A stretch of 64,000 bases of DNA from the human T2T-CHM13v2.0 reference genome, Homo sapiens (GCF_009914755.1 NC_060926.1), one strand, 5' to 3'; numbered from the stretch's first letter, positions 15,484 through 30,770 are shown. Numbers and translations are program-made. Notes: a model not told the origin generated them from the letters alone.

Positions 15484-15684
15484 GGCCGGCATGGTGGCTC
15501 ACGCCTGTAATCCCAGCACTTTGGGAGGCCAAGGCAGGCGGATCACCTGAGGTCAGGAGCTCGAGACCAGCTTGACCAATATGGTGAAACCATGTCTCTA
15601 CTAAAAATACAAAAATTAGCTGGGCATGGTGGTGCATGCCTGTAATCCCAGCTACTTGGGAGGAGGCTGAGGCAGGAGAATCGC
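15484..15684 (+). mobile_element. AluS, 3' part missing
   Basis: Stops at ggagaatcgct and runs into a (TA)-rich tract; no A-tail. Confidence 0.92.
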
Positions 15685-15783
15685 TATATACATATATATA
15701 GCAGTTAAATATGTATATCATCCAATTTTTATTAGAAAATAACTGACATATAATATTAACTACTGAAAAAATAGCAAACCCCA

Positions 15784-16513
<730 letters not shown>

Positions 16514-16978
16514 CCCTGCTTTGACTCCCTAGGCACGTTCTCGTTGGCTGGCACCATCTGTGACAAATCCTGAACTGTATTGTTTACAGACACAGCTGCA
16601 GCCTGCATTGGCACCAAAGTCAATTACTGATGTTGTGCTCTTTGCAGCCCTGGCCCTTGCTAATTCTTCTTGGAAGGAAGAGATGTGAAGACAGGTTGCA
16701 AATGTAGGAGTGGTAAGAATAACCAATAGTTCATGTCTCCTCTATCTTATTAACCCTCTCCCCATCTTTAGACTCCTCCAGATACTACTCTCTCTCCATC
16801 CATATCATCCATACCTGTGGCTTCAACTAAAGGGTTGGCTCTTGAACCCACATTTCCATTCTATATCTCACTCCTGAGCCCAAATTTACATTTGAGTGTT
16901 TAATGTTTACCTAAAGCTGTAAGTCAGCCTGATACTCCACAGACTGTACATCTCCTAAATAATACATGTGAACTGGTA

Positions 16979-17273
16979 CTTTTTGAGACTGTCTCACTCA
17001 GTCGCCCAGGCTAGAGTGCAATGGCATGATCATAGCTTACTGTAGCCTCAAACCCGTAGGCTCAAGGGACCCTCTTACCTCAGCCTCCTGAGTAGCTGAG
17101 ACTACAGGCACACAGCACTATGCCAGGCTAATTTTTTAATTTTTTTATAGACACGAGGTCTTGCTATGCTATGAGGTCAGCCCAGGCTGGTCTCAAACCC
17201 CTAGCCTCAAGTGATCCTCCTGCCTTGGCTTCCCAAAGTGCTGGGATTACAGGTGTGAGCCACCATGCCAGCC
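16979..17273 (-). mobile_element. Alu SINE, AluJ-type
   Basis: Reverse dimer with J diagnostics. Confidence 0.92.
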
Positions 17274-17759
17274 TATTATTTAAAAATTTTCAGCTTTATT
17301 GAGCTATACCTGATGAATAAAATTGTATATATTTAAGGTACACAACGTGATGCTTTGATATACATATATAGTGTGAAATGATTACCACAGTCAAGTTAGT
17401 TAACACATTCATCACCTCATATAGTTAGCATTTTTTTTTTTTTTTGGTGGTGGTGAGAACATTTAATATCCACTCTTAGCAAATTTTAAGTATACAATAT
17501 AGTATTATTAACTATAGTCACCATGCTGTACATTAGATCTCCAAAACTTTCTAATCTTAAAACTGAAAGTTTGTATCCTTTTACCACCTCCTTCATTCCC
17601 CCAACCTCCAGCCCTTGGTAATCAGCCTTCTACTCTCTGTTTCTATGAACTTAACTTTCTTGGATTCCACACATAAGGAAGATCATGGAGTATTCATCTT
17701 TCTCAGACTTATTTCACTTAGCATAATGCCCCAAGGTTCATCCATTTTGTGGAAAATAA

Positions 17760-18391
<632 letters not shown>

Positions 18392-19913
18392 CCACATTTT
18401 CTTTATCGATTCATCTGTTGACACACTTAGGCTGTTTCCATGCCTTGCCTATTGTGAATAATACTGCAATGAACATGGGGGAGCAAATACCTCTTTAAGA
18501 TACTGATTTCATTTCCTTTGGATATATACTCAGAAGTGAGATTGCTAGATCATATCGTAGCTCTATTTTTAATGTTTTAAGGAAACTCCATACTTTTTTT
18601 TTTTTTATAATGGCTGTACCAATCTAGGCTATTTTATCTTATGTCATGGCCCAATGTCTTGAAGAAGCTGGTCATTTTCCCTCTACAGAAAAGAAAAAAA
18701 TAAAACAAATATAATCTCTGGCAGGGCACCACTCAGCTAGGGCACTCCACATGAAAACAACTAGAGAATATGATACAATATGATCAGGGACTTGATTTTG
18801 TGTGTTCCAGCAAAGTTAGGATCAGGAGGGGCTATGTTTTGGTGGCTACATCATGGACCAAGAGGGTCTGAATATTTGAATAGAAGTAGGATTTGTCTTG
18901 GAAAAGCAGATAGTGGGAGTCTAAGAGGAACATTTGAAGTGGAAAGTAAATTTGATGGTGAAAGTTGTAGCCTTAGAACTTGTTTGGGAGTCAAGAAAGT
19001 TATCAGGTGACTTGTTGCCTCCATTTCTGTATCTGTAAAATGGATTTTACTTTTCAACCTCTCTTCCAGAGGAGGGGGTGCCACGTGCAGGACCGAGAGA
19101 ATATTTGCTACATGTTTGGAGTTTTTTAAAGAAAAACCAAAGGGGACTACAAGGCATTTATTCATCAAATACGAAAACCTTTCATTCCCCTCCCCACCCC
19201 ACCTCCAAGCTGGAGACCTTGGCTATAAAGAACTAATGTAATAACTGTGTTGCAATGTGTTTTTCCTCTGGTTTCTTATTCCTTTGGAGTAAGAGGCATG
19301 GACATTTAGACCTCAACTGAAGGCATTGATTGGAAGAGTTTCTCCCAGAGTTGGCCCACTTGGAAACCAGGTAATCTGAGCTGGTGGAAAAAAGGCAAAA
19401 ACCCACAGCTTGTTAGCACACACAAAGCTTTTTAACTCAGATCAGAGTTCAGCTGGGCTTTACATGTGAGCAGGGGGCTGGAGGCAGTTGAGCTTGGTTG
19501 GAAAGGGGGTGGTGGGCATGTGCTTGCTTTTTCTCAGAGTCAAGAATCTGTTAGGCTGGGAGACGGGAGAGGGAGGGAAATTTGCCAAAATGGGAAAGGA
19601 GAAGCTAGAGACAAGTGGAATGTACTAAGAATGGGCTGGAGATTATCAGAAGCTGAGGCCTCCTTTCATGGAAACCTGGCTGTTGGGTGGTTGATGTTTT
19701 CCCAAACTCCTAACTCCTGTGATTCAGGACTGTGGCTTTAGTAATTATCAAATACTACTTTGCCCTTGTGTGTAAACGGCCAATTACCTCGAACTGTCAG
19801 AAGGGCCCAGAAATCTCAAGATCAGTTCCCCAAAATCAGGGAATGGACTAACCCAGTTTTGAAAAGTTCCAGGTGTAGATCTGGAGACAGCATGGCTTTG
19901 CATGTGTATATAG

Positions 19914-20243
<330 letters not shown>

Positions 20244-21135
20244 CTGGAGCCTTAATTTTTAAAAAAGTTTGATTGAGATATAATTAACATACCATGCAAT
20301 TTGTCCATTTAAAGTATACAATTCACTGGGCTTTAGTATGTGCAGAGTTGTGCAACCATCATCACAGCCAGTATTAGAACCTTTGCCTCCAAAAGAAACC
20401 CCCTACTCTTTAACTATCACCCCATCTTTTCCCCCGACCCCAGCCTTCAAAAAGCACTGATATGTCTCTGTAAATTTCTCTATTCCAGACTTGCATATGA
20501 ATGGGATTATATAATATGTGGCCTTTGTGCCTGGTTTCTTTCACTTAGCATGTTTTCAAGGTTCATGTGTGTTGTAGCATGTATCATCACTTCATACCTT
20601 TTTATGACTATCATTCCATTGTATGTATATGCTACATTTTGTTTATCCATTCATCAGGTGGACATTCAGGTTGCTTCTACCTTTTGGCTATAATGAATAA
20701 TGCTGCTATAAACATTTGTTTTCAAGTTTCTTTGTGGGTATATGTTTTCATTTCTCTTATACAATGTTGCTGTAAATATTTGTGTGCAAGTTTTTGTGAG
20801 GGGGTGTTTTCATTCTCTTGGTATATACCTGGTAGTGGAGTTGCTGGATCATACAATAACTCTGTTTAATCATTTGAGGAATTGCCTGACCGTATGAGGG
20901 TTCCAATTTCTCCACATCCTGGCCAACACTTTTTTTTTTTTTTTAAACATAGTCATCCTAGTGGGTGCGAAGTGGTGTTAAGGTTTTTGTTTGCATTTCC
21001 CTAATGACTAATGATCTAGAGCATTTATAGATATGCATATTGGCCATTTGCATATCTTCTTTGGAGAAATGGGTATTCAGATTTTTTTGCCCATTTTAAT
21101 ATTGGATAATTAGTCTTTTTACATTGAGTCATAAG

Positions 21136-21432
21136 TTTTTTAATATAGACAGGGTCTTGCTCTGTTGCCCAGAGCAACATGATTGCAGTGGCATGATTAT
21201 AGCTCACTGTAACCTCAAACTCCTGGACTCAAGTGATCCTCCTGCCTCAGCCTCCTCAGTAGCTGGGATTACAGGTGTGCACCACCATGCCTGGCTAGCT
21301 TTAAAATCTTTTGTAGAGACAGGGTCTCGCTATGTTGCCCAGGCAACATCTCAAACTGCTGGCCTCAAGCAACCCTCCTGCCTGGGCCTCTTAAAACATT
21401 GATATTACAAGCATGAGCCAAGGCTCCTGGCC
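21136..21432 (-). mobile_element. Alu SINE, AluJ-type
   Basis: Reverse dimer with J diagnostics. Confidence 0.9.
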
Positions 21433-22065
21433 CCGGGCCCTTACTTTCAGACTTTAGCTCTTACATTTAGATCTTTCCTCCCTTTTGAGTTAATATTTAA
21501 AAATTGAGGTATAATTTATGTAACACACTATTAACCAGTTTAAAATGTACAATTCTGTGGTATTTAGTGCATTTATAATGTTGTGAACCACTACCTCTCT
21601 CTAGTTTCAAAACTTTTTCACCACCCCAGAAGAACAACCTGTATCCATGAAATAATCTCTATTAGCCCCCTCCACAAATCCCCTGTTAACCACTAGTCTG
21701 CTTTCTGTCTTGATGAATTTGCCTATTCTGGCTATTTTATATAAAAGGAATATTCTAGTATGTTACCTTTTGTGCCTGGTTTCTTTCAGTTAGCATAGTG
21801 TTTTAGAGATTCATCCAAGTTACTTCATTGCTTTTTCTATGGCTGAATATTCCATTGTATGTATATAGTGCCATTTGCTGATATATTCATCCATTGACGG
21901 ACATTTGGGTTGTTTCCACCTTTTTGATATTATAAATAATGCTGCTATAAATATCCGTGTACAAGTTTTTATGTGGGTATATGTTCTCATTCCTCTTGTA
22001 TGTATGTGTGTATATATATTATATATATATACAAACTTTGTACATATTTATACACACATATATAC

Positions 22066-22067
<2 letters not shown>

Positions 22068-22106
<39 letters not shown>
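22068..22106. repeat. (CA)n microsatellite after a TA/TG-rich tract
   Basis: Uninterrupted acacac run. Confidence 0.95.
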
Positions 22107-22108
<2 letters not shown>

Positions 22109-24648
22109 GAGTGGAATTGATGGGTCATGTGGTAATTCTATATTTAACTTTTAAAGGAACTGCCAAACTGTTTTCTATAGTGGCTGCTTTATTTTACATA
22201 CCCACCAGTAATGCATGAGAGTTCTAATTCCTCCACATCCGCATCAATACTTATCTTCTGTTTTTTAAAAAAAAGTTATTATAGCCATCCTCATAGGTAT
22301 TAAGTGGTATGTCATTGCGGTTTTGATTTACATTTCCTAATGACCAATTAATTTTTGCATATGGTGTGAGGGAAGGATCCAACTTCATTGTTTTGCCTGT
22401 GTCTACTCAGTGCTGTTTGTTGAAAAGACTCTTCTTTCCCCACATAGCAATCTTGGTACCCCCGTAGAAAATCAGTTGATCATAGATGTATGGGTTTCTT
22501 CCTGGGCTGTTAATCTTACTCCATTAATCAACATGTCTATTCCTGTGCTAGTATTACACTGTCTTGATTGCTTTATAGTAACCAGGAACCTCTGTAGTAA
22601 GTTTTGAAATCAGGAAGTGTAGTCCTCCTACTTTGTTATTTTTCAGTACTGTTTTGGCTAGTCTGGGTCCCTTGAAACTCCATATGAATTTTACAATCGT
22701 TATTGATTCCTACGAAGAAATCAGTTGGGATTCTGATAGGGTTTTTGTTGAACCTGCAGATCAGTTTGGGGAGTTTCACTATCTTATCAGTGTTAAGTCT
22801 ACTGACCCATAAGCAGGGAATTTTTCCATTTATTTAGACCTTCTTTAATGTCTGAAACAGTTCATTTATAAGGCCCATCCATGTGGTCAACTTTCTGGGA
22901 CTTACATTTTGAACCTATGAAACATTCAGGGAAAGAAGTTTTGTGGAAGGTGGGGAAGGGTATAATGAATTCTGGCTTGATGCCTCATTCTTGAATTCTC
23001 CAGAGGTGATGAGGATCTCCCCTTCTGAGCTGCACCCTTTACAGTAAGTCTTAGTGGCCTTCAGGAGAGGGCTGCTGAGCAGGCTCATGAAACCTACTGG
23101 AAGTCCCTGGTCAACTGTCCTGGAGAAGGCAGGGGCCACTTCCTGCCCTGCTAGGGAGACTGATTTCTGGGGTGAGGAAGAATGAATCACGACCCTCTTG
23201 GACCCAATCTACCTGCCTATGAGAGGTTGTAGTGAGTCACCCTTACTTGCTAATGACAATGTTTAAATGACTCTGAATGACCTCAGAGGTTTGCCTCTAC
23301 TCTCCTGAAAGTTCTAATTTATAGAATGATGCCCTCTGGTTTCATAACTGGACAAAATGCATATCAACAGTTGAGAAAGAGTGAGAAAGAGAGAGTGAGA
23401 AAGTTGGGGGAGAGAATATACTAAGCCCTCATGAAGTTTCTATAATAACCTATGACATAGAAAACTCCCACCAACTCTTTAGATGTGACTCCATTTTATA
23501 AAGAAATCTCTTTCTCTTTTCCTTTTTTCTTTTGCCATTCTCTTCTCTGCTGCAGGAAGTCCTTATCTGTCCCTTGAACGCCCAGTTTCAGTTTTTCCCT
23601 CTTGGTGAGGCTCCTCTGGGCAATCCCGTCCACTCATCACTGTCTTTTCTGCATTTCTGGTGTGTGTGGTCAGAGTTTCTACCCAACACTTGCTCACACG
23701 CAGTCTGGATTGCTTTCTGATAGTCCCCGGCATTAATCTCCTCTTCCCTGTGCTGTCATCTCCACAAGGGCAGGGCAGGGCTGTGCTGCCGACCTCATCT
23801 GCATGCCCTGGGGGATCGAGCTGACACTGGGTGCAGCAGGAAGTGTGGCCCTGGTAGAATGTTCTCACCCATTCCAGTATAGGATTGGGACTTCCTGTCC
23901 TCATCCAGGCTGTGGCGGTTACATTTAAACCTTTCCCACACCTGGGTCTCTACCTCAGTTGTTGTCCTAGCAGGTTGGGTTGGTTCATCCTGCCCTGGGC
24001 ATTCCTAAGGCTATTATAAGTGTGTCAGGTCTGGGTCTTTATCTTGATTAGAATAATAACTTCCTGAATTTGTCCAGTGGGCAGCCTTTCCTTAATGAAT
24101 GAAAAAAGAACTGGAATGTTACTGCAAATGAGTATCTACCCTGTTCTCTTTCCACAGAACTCTTAGCATTCTGTTGTTATGAAATCTCCTGGATATCTAA
24201 TTGGATGTATATTACTAGAGTGCTTCTGTATTCTGACATCAAGTTTCATTTTAATTATATGGGAGAAAAACTAATTCTTTTAATTAAACCAACATGGATA
24301 TTAACTATTATCATTGACTTCTAGCAGATAAATCTTACATGCAAAAAACAGGGCAAATACCTCCTGCACTCCTTGGGTTGCCTGTGGAGCAGCCTCTGGG
24401 AACTCAGTCTCAAGGAGATGAAGGGCCCATGGGCATTCCTAGTTCCATGGAGGATGGGGACTAGTGTGGAGCAAACTTGTCAGGATCATTTATTCATTCA
24501 CTTTTAGTTGTATGTTTGCTAAATCCTTACAAATAAGGTGTAAACCAAAAATAAAATCCTAAGCACCCCCTCGCTACCTACCTGAAACTGAATGGATCCC
24601 CTCTGGACCAAGGGGACCCCAGAGAAACCTGAAAAACTGAATTCCTGG

Positions 24649-25080
24649 TGTATTAGTCAGGGTTCCCTAGAGGGACAGAATATGAGATTATATATATATT
24701 ATATATATATTATTAAGTATTAACTTACATGATCACAAGTTCCCAAAATAGGCTGTCTGCAAACTTGAGATGCAAGGAGAGCCAGTCCAAGTCTTAAAAC
24801 TGAAGAACTTGGAGTCCGATGTTTGAGGACAGGAAGTATCCAGCATGGGAGAAAGATGTAGGCTGGGAGGCTAGGCCAGTCTCACACTTTTCACGTTTTT
24901 CTGCCTGCTTTATATTTGCTGGCAGCTGATTAGATTGAGCCCACCAGGTTAAAGGTGGGTCTGCCTTCCCCAGGCCATTGACTCAAATGTTAATCTCCTT
25001 TGGCAACACCCTCACAGACACACCCAGGATCAATACTTTACATCCTTCAATCAAGTTGACACTCAGTATTAACCATCACA
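24649..25080 (-). mobile_element. MLT2A (HERV-L) solo LTR
   Basis: tgtattagtcagggttccctagaggg...gacactcagtattaaccatcaca. TSD cctgg/cccag. Confidence 0.92.
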
Positions 25081-25098
25081 CCCAGCCATGATGGGAAG

Positions 25099-25456
25099 TG
25101 ATATGGTCTGGCTCTGTGTCCCCACCCAAATCTCACGTGGAATTTTAATCCCCAGGTGTCAGGGGAAGGAGCTGGTGGGAGGTGATTGGGTCATGGGGCA
25201 TTTTCCCCCATGCTGTTCTTGTGGTAGTGAGTCCTCACGGGATCTGATGGTTTAAAAGCGTGTGGCAGTTACCCCCTTGTTCTCTGTCTCTTGCTGCCAT
25301 GGAAGACATGCCTTGCTTCCTTTTTGCCTTCTGCTATGATTGTAAGCTTCCTGAGGCCTCCCCAGCCACATGGAACAGTGAGTCCATTAAACTTTTCTTT
25401 ATAAATTACCCCGTCTCAGGTAGTTCTTTATAGCAGTGTGAAAATGAACTAATACA
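25099..25456 (+). mobile_element. THE1 (THE1D-like) MaLR solo LTR
   Basis: tgatatggtctggctctgtgtccccacccaaatctc...gaactaataca. TSD ggaag/agaag. Confidence 0.92.
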
Positions 25457-26356
25457 AGAAGGAAGGACCACCTCATTATACCCCTTCCTTTGGAGTCTAT
25501 GCGCAATTGACCAGCATTAATATTAAAATACAGATCATAAGACTAACAAAACAGACTCTGGGAATAAGACACCAAATGCCAACCTGACTCTGGTTAGCAT
25601 CACAGGACAGACAGCAGACCCTGAAGGAAATAAAAATATTTTACCCCAAAATGTATTTCTTTGACATATTTTGAAATGGTCCTGCAAAACTGTCTTTTAG
25701 GGGAGGACATTTGTATCTGTAGAGAATCTCCATTAATGCGGACAGGGCTTTCCTGAATTTAGGAGGGATAAACATCTTTTAAGGTCCAAAAAGAGACATT
25801 TACCATCTATTCTCTCCAAAGACTGCTACCTATGAGGCTTCATATACCTAACAAGAGCCCTGGTCGTGGCAACCTCCCTTAGCTTAACTCAAGCATTTCT
25901 TTCTACTGGCAAGTCTTTAGACAAAGTTCAACTCTTTCAACCAACTGCCAATCAGAAAATCTTTGGATCCATCTGTGACCTGTAAGTCCCTGCTTTGAGA
26001 TACCCAGCTTTTCCGGGCCGAACCAATGTATACCTTAACATGTATTGATTTATGTCTTTGCCTGTAACTTCCATTTCTCTAAAATGTATAAAACCAAACT
26101 GTAACCCTATCTTCTCAGCCATAGTTTCTCAAGACCTCTTGAGACTGTTCCCTGGGGCCTGGGTACTCATATTGGCTCAGAACAAACCTCTTTAAATATT
26201 TCACAAAATTTGGTTTTCTTCATCAACAAAGAACACAACATTTTCTCTCTGTACATTCAGGCAGTGTTTTTCACACATAGATTTTGGATTTTCAGATTTA
26301 AAAATTCCTACATAGCACCTGCCTGGCTTACTGGCCCTATTTAGAATTTATGTGCA

Positions 26357-26660
26357 GGCTGGGTGCAGTGGCTCATGCCTGTAACCCCAGCACTTTGGGA
26401 GGCTGAGGCAGGAGGACTGCTTGAGCCCAGGAGTTGGAGACCAGCCTGGGCAACACAGTTGTAGAGACCCCATCTCTACAAAAAAATAAAAAAAATTAGC
26501 CAAGTGTGGTGGTATGCACCTGTGGTCCCAGCTACTTGAGAGGCTGAGGTGGGAGGATTGCTTGAGCCCAGAAACTGGAGTGCAGTGGTCCATGATTGCG
26601 CCACTGCACTCCAGCCCCTAGGTGACAAAATGAGAAACTGTCTCAAAAACAGAAAACAAA
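26357..26660 (+). mobile_element. Alu SINE, AluJ-type
   Basis: Full dimer. TSD agaatt(ta/cg)tgtgca. Confidence 0.94.
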
Positions 26661-27263
26661 GAATTCGTGTGCAGTTGGAGAGACGAAAATTTTATGTTAT
26701 ACAAAGCAAAACACACCTTAGGTACCAGCCGTGGGGAGCCATTTGCTATCCTGAATATGCCATGCTTCTGATAAGGGCAGTGCTTGGTGTCAGGCTCATG
26801 AAAAGCCCTGGGATTGGCTAATGTTGAACAGTCAATGGGAAGTAAAGCAACCATCAAACTCTGAGCTGGGAAGGCACCTTAAATAATGTCAGTTTATCTT
26901 TTGTGACTGGACTAGTCCACCAGCTTTGTTAAGGAAAGACCCATGACTCCAAGGGTATGAAAATACAAAAGGCATGGGTAGTTTTTGGCATTCTGCCTTG
27001 TGTCCTATGTCATTGAGTCTTTCTGACAAACGTGGAACAAAAGCTCTTTGACCCTACATACAGCAAGTAACCAAAGTTTCATGTCATTCATAGAGAACTT
27101 CACATGTGTAGGTAGACAGGGCTCATTTGTAAATGATCAAGTTAGCCTAGGGCAAGGTCAGAGAAGCATTTTTGATGTTTGCTTGATGTTTGTTGTCCTA
27201 GGAGTTGGGCAAACCTGCCCTTCTCATAAGTCCCTTGTTACAGGGGCACACAATGGTTTTGTG

Positions 27264-27595
<332 letters not shown>

Positions 27596-27889
27596 TAATT
27601 GGCTCTTCCTCCAAAAGTGGAACATGATTCATAACACAGTTCCCAGGCCGTGGACTTTTTTTTTTTTAAATCAACACATATTTTGCTCTCAATGACACAG
27701 TTTCTGTGCTATCTTTATGGTCATTTTTTTTTAACATAATCAAAAGAGTATTTTCCAGACTTGAAACAGTGTTTCCTACCAATTTGGATGCTGTTTTACT
27801 CTTTGCTTTGGTGGGTTTCCAAACAGGTAGGCACCAACCGATTTCTATCTTCAGGAAGCTGCTGCAGATGTGCGAAGAATCTGAAGAAA

Positions 27890-28210
27890 ATGTGAAGCCG
27901 GAGGGGGGCGCTGCCCCACCAGCTCACCCCTGCAGGGTAGGCTAGGCCAGCTGGGGTGGCAGCAGTCTCTCCAGCCTCAGGGCCTGAGGGCGCTGCTCAT
28001 TTGGGACCAGGCCAGGGCCACAGCATAATCTTCATCTCCATCACATTTGCCTCTACTCTTTAGCCCAGGAGTTCTGTTCCACGTGAATGGGACAAAGGCC
28101 AAACTGCATTTCTTTTAGAAAGCCTCCTGTTTATTCTGTACTTGCACGTGGAGATCCGCGGAGATTGATGAGAAGGATGTGACGAGGGCATGTGGAATGA
28201 CTCAGGGCAG
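27890..28210. promoter_or_regulatory. Candidate enhancer or CTCF-type element
   Basis: Non-repeat GC-rich patch with retained CpGs: CTCF-like ccggaggggggcgct 27898-27912, CACGTG at 28080 and 28145, AP-1 TGACTCA 28198-28204. Motif evidence only. Confidence 0.35.
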
Positions 28211-28402
28211 AAGCTCCTGGAAGGCTGGCTCATGGCTTTTCAAGGAGCTCTGTGATCCTGCTCTGGTTGCTGGATTGAGAGGCCCCAGCCCCACTGTAGC
28301 TTCTAGGCCAATGTCCCACTAGACTAGCCCAAATCCCCTGTCGGAGGAGGAGAAGAACTGGACAACTCCCCACTAGTAGATTCAGAATGAAATGTTATTG
28401 GG

Positions 28403-29072
28403 TGCTATCGGCTGAATTGTGTCTTCCCCAGATTTATATGTTGAAGTCCTAACCCCCAGTACCTTAGAATGTGACTGTATTTGGAGATGGAGACTTTAAA
28501 AGGGTAAGTTAAAACGAGGTCTTTAGGGTGGGTCCTAATCCAATATGCTGGTGTCCTTGTAAGAAGAGAAGATTAGGATTCAGAGGCACATAGAGGGATG
28601 GCCATGTCTAGACACGGGGAAAGGCAGGCATCTACAAGCCAGGCAGAGAGGCCTCAGAAGAAACCAACCTTTTTGACACCTCAGTCTTGAACTTCTAGCT
28701 TCCAGAGCTTCGAGGAAATAAATTTCTGTTGTTTAAGCCCCTTAGTTGGCTGGATATGGTGGCTCACGCCTGTAATCCCAGCACTTTGGGAGGCCGAGGT
28801 GGGTGGATTGCTTGAGCCCAGCCTGGGCAACATGGTGACACCCCATCTCCACCAAAAATTCAAATATTGGCTGGGTGTGGTGGCACACACTTGTAGTCCC
28901 AGCTACTCAGGAGGTTGAGGTGGGAGGATTGCTGGAGTCTGGGAAGTCAAGGCTGCAGTGAGCCGTGATCACCACTGCATTCCAGTCTGGGTGACAGAGT
29001 GAGACCCTGTCTCAAAGAAAAAAGCCCCCCAGTCCCAGTGGGCTTCATGACAGCATCCCTAGGAAAGACACA
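28403..29072 (+). mobile_element. MLT1B/C MaLR LTR split by an Alu
   Basis: tgctatcggctgaattgtgtc...gttgaagtcctaaccccc...aataaatttctgttgtttaagcc. Confidence 0.88.
28748..29023 (+). mobile_element. Alu SINE, AluJ-type with a short internal deletion
   Basis: ttgagcccag|cctgggc deletion between ccag repeats. TSD aagcccc..agt. Confidence 0.92.
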
Positions 29073-29269
29073 CTGGGTCTGGTGGGCACTATAGATACTT
29101 CTGGCAATGATGAGCTCTGCAACCCGCTCTAGCTATTCTGTGGAACTTTTCTGTTGCTGTTCTTTGTGAGCTCTCAAAGGATATTGTACTTCTCACCCAT
29201 CAAATTTTACCACAGAGTTTGCACCTTATTTTTTAATTCTTTGCATTCTTTTCTTAGGTACTGGGAAAA

Positions 29270-29420
29270 CCGGGGACTGGGAGTTAGGAGCCCAAAGCCC
29301 CAGCTGCGGGAACACTGTGATCACACTGTGTGGCCTTGGGAGGTTGTCCAGTCTCCCAGGGCCTCAGGCTCCTGGCCTGTAACACAGGCGATGGAGCAGG
29401 TGCTCTCTGAAGCCGCTCCC
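29270..29420 (+). mobile_element. MIR fragment
   Basis: ggactgggagttaggag...ctgtgtggccttggg. Confidence 0.5.
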
Positions 29421-30169
29421 AATGCTGACAAACCCTCCAGGGACTCCAACACTAGCCTCACGCTGTACACTCTGTGAGTGCCATCCTCTCTCAGGCTGCT
29501 GATTTCTCCCACTCATGAGCCACTGTGCCTGGCCGAAGGTTCATTCTTGCTAACATCTGCACGGGAGGCCATTAGAAAAAAGGCCCTTTTAGAGTTCAAA
29601 CGTGCCAGTGAGAGAACAAGGACGCCTACTTCCAACCGCAGGGAGTAGACCTGGAATTCTAGAGCTGTCAGTGAAATTCCCAAGGCTACCTCTGACTTAT
29701 ATTGTTTGACTGGGTAAGTTGATGAGTTATTTTTTGTTTCAACAAAGGTAGTGGTTGAGGTAAAATCAGGTGTCCTTTGAAAACTGGATGACCATGGAGA
29801 TGTAGAATAGTGCTAAAATGGACAAATCAACAGCTAATCTGGTGAACTTGGCACCTGTTCTAGGGAAGCATTGCCATTTGGGTGGCCTCGCTTGGACTAT
29901 GGTTTGGTGTTGAGTCTCAGTCCAAATAAAGTATGGATCTTCCTTCCTCTTCCCTCTGCATGTGCAGACTGCTCAATCCAAAGCCTCACAGCACTCTGTC
30001 AGCTTACCTATTGCAACAGGTACTGGCCCATGTGTTATTCTGGCTTATACTGTGGCCCCATCCTAAACATTGCTCACCTGAAATTGGAGGCCACTAAATA
30101 TTTTCCTGATGAGTGCCCAGTGATTTCATCTTTTGTCATATGCCTCCCTTTGATTCTGTTCAGCTCATT

Positions 30170-30500
30170 GCAGTTTCATAAAAAATATTTCCTGTGTATT
30201 CAGAGCCATATACAGAACACTATATATGACACAGTGTCATATACTAAAGAACTACATGACCCAGTCCTAGACTCCAGGGAGCTTACAGTTTTCCCAGGAA
30301 GACAAGATACTTACATGAAATAGTCTGAGAATAGTCAAGACAAAAAAGCCATGGCCTCTGTTGGGCTGAACAGAGGCTCAAGTGCTCAAATGGATGATAC
30401 AGTCAGTAAATTTCAAGACTGGTGAGGTGGGAGAGAGATCAGAGATGGCTGCAATTTTCAAGAAAGACTTCAAGGAGAGGACATGGGCCTTGCTTTGTTC
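30170..30500 (-). mobile_element. L2 fragment
   Basis: Diverged reverse L2 (gacccagtcctagactccagggagcttacagt). Confidence 0.5.
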
Positions 30501-30770
30501 TTGGCATTTTAAAATGGGACCAGTGATACTAAGTTTATGCAGCAATTCAGGCTCTTAAAGGATCAGGAAGAATTCCTTAGACTCTTTTAGAAGTGGGACA
30601 TTGGGTTAAGGGAGAAAGGTTTTAGGAGAGGTAATAATTAGTAGAGAGAGGGGCAGAAATGGAAAGTAGACTTGAGCAAACAGCCTGTTTAATTTGGACT
30701 GTGTGAGATGGTTTCCCAACAAACATCCCTTTTCTTTCTCCCTCCCGTGCCTTCTTCAGTTTCTAGACCC

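Larger units (their letters stand above)
20255..22850 (-). mobile_element. Cluster of nested or adjacent L1MB-type fragments
   Basis: At least two L1M 3' UTRs (starting ~20255 and ~21500) plus ORF2 3' sequence (gtttgcatttccctaatgactaatg; tatggtgtgagggaaggatccaacttc). Confidence 0.85.
24539..26228 (+). mobile_element. MER4-group (MER4D/E-like) ERV1 solo LTR hosting two other LTRs
   Basis: tgtaaaccaaaaataaaatcctaag start and ttggttttcttcatcaaca end. Sequence is continuous once the two inserts are removed. Confidence 0.85.

Noticed and set aside
20695-20822. Diverged ~65-bp tandem similarity within the L1MB cluster
   Set aside because: Best explained as overlapping ends of two separate L1 fragments, not a local duplication.
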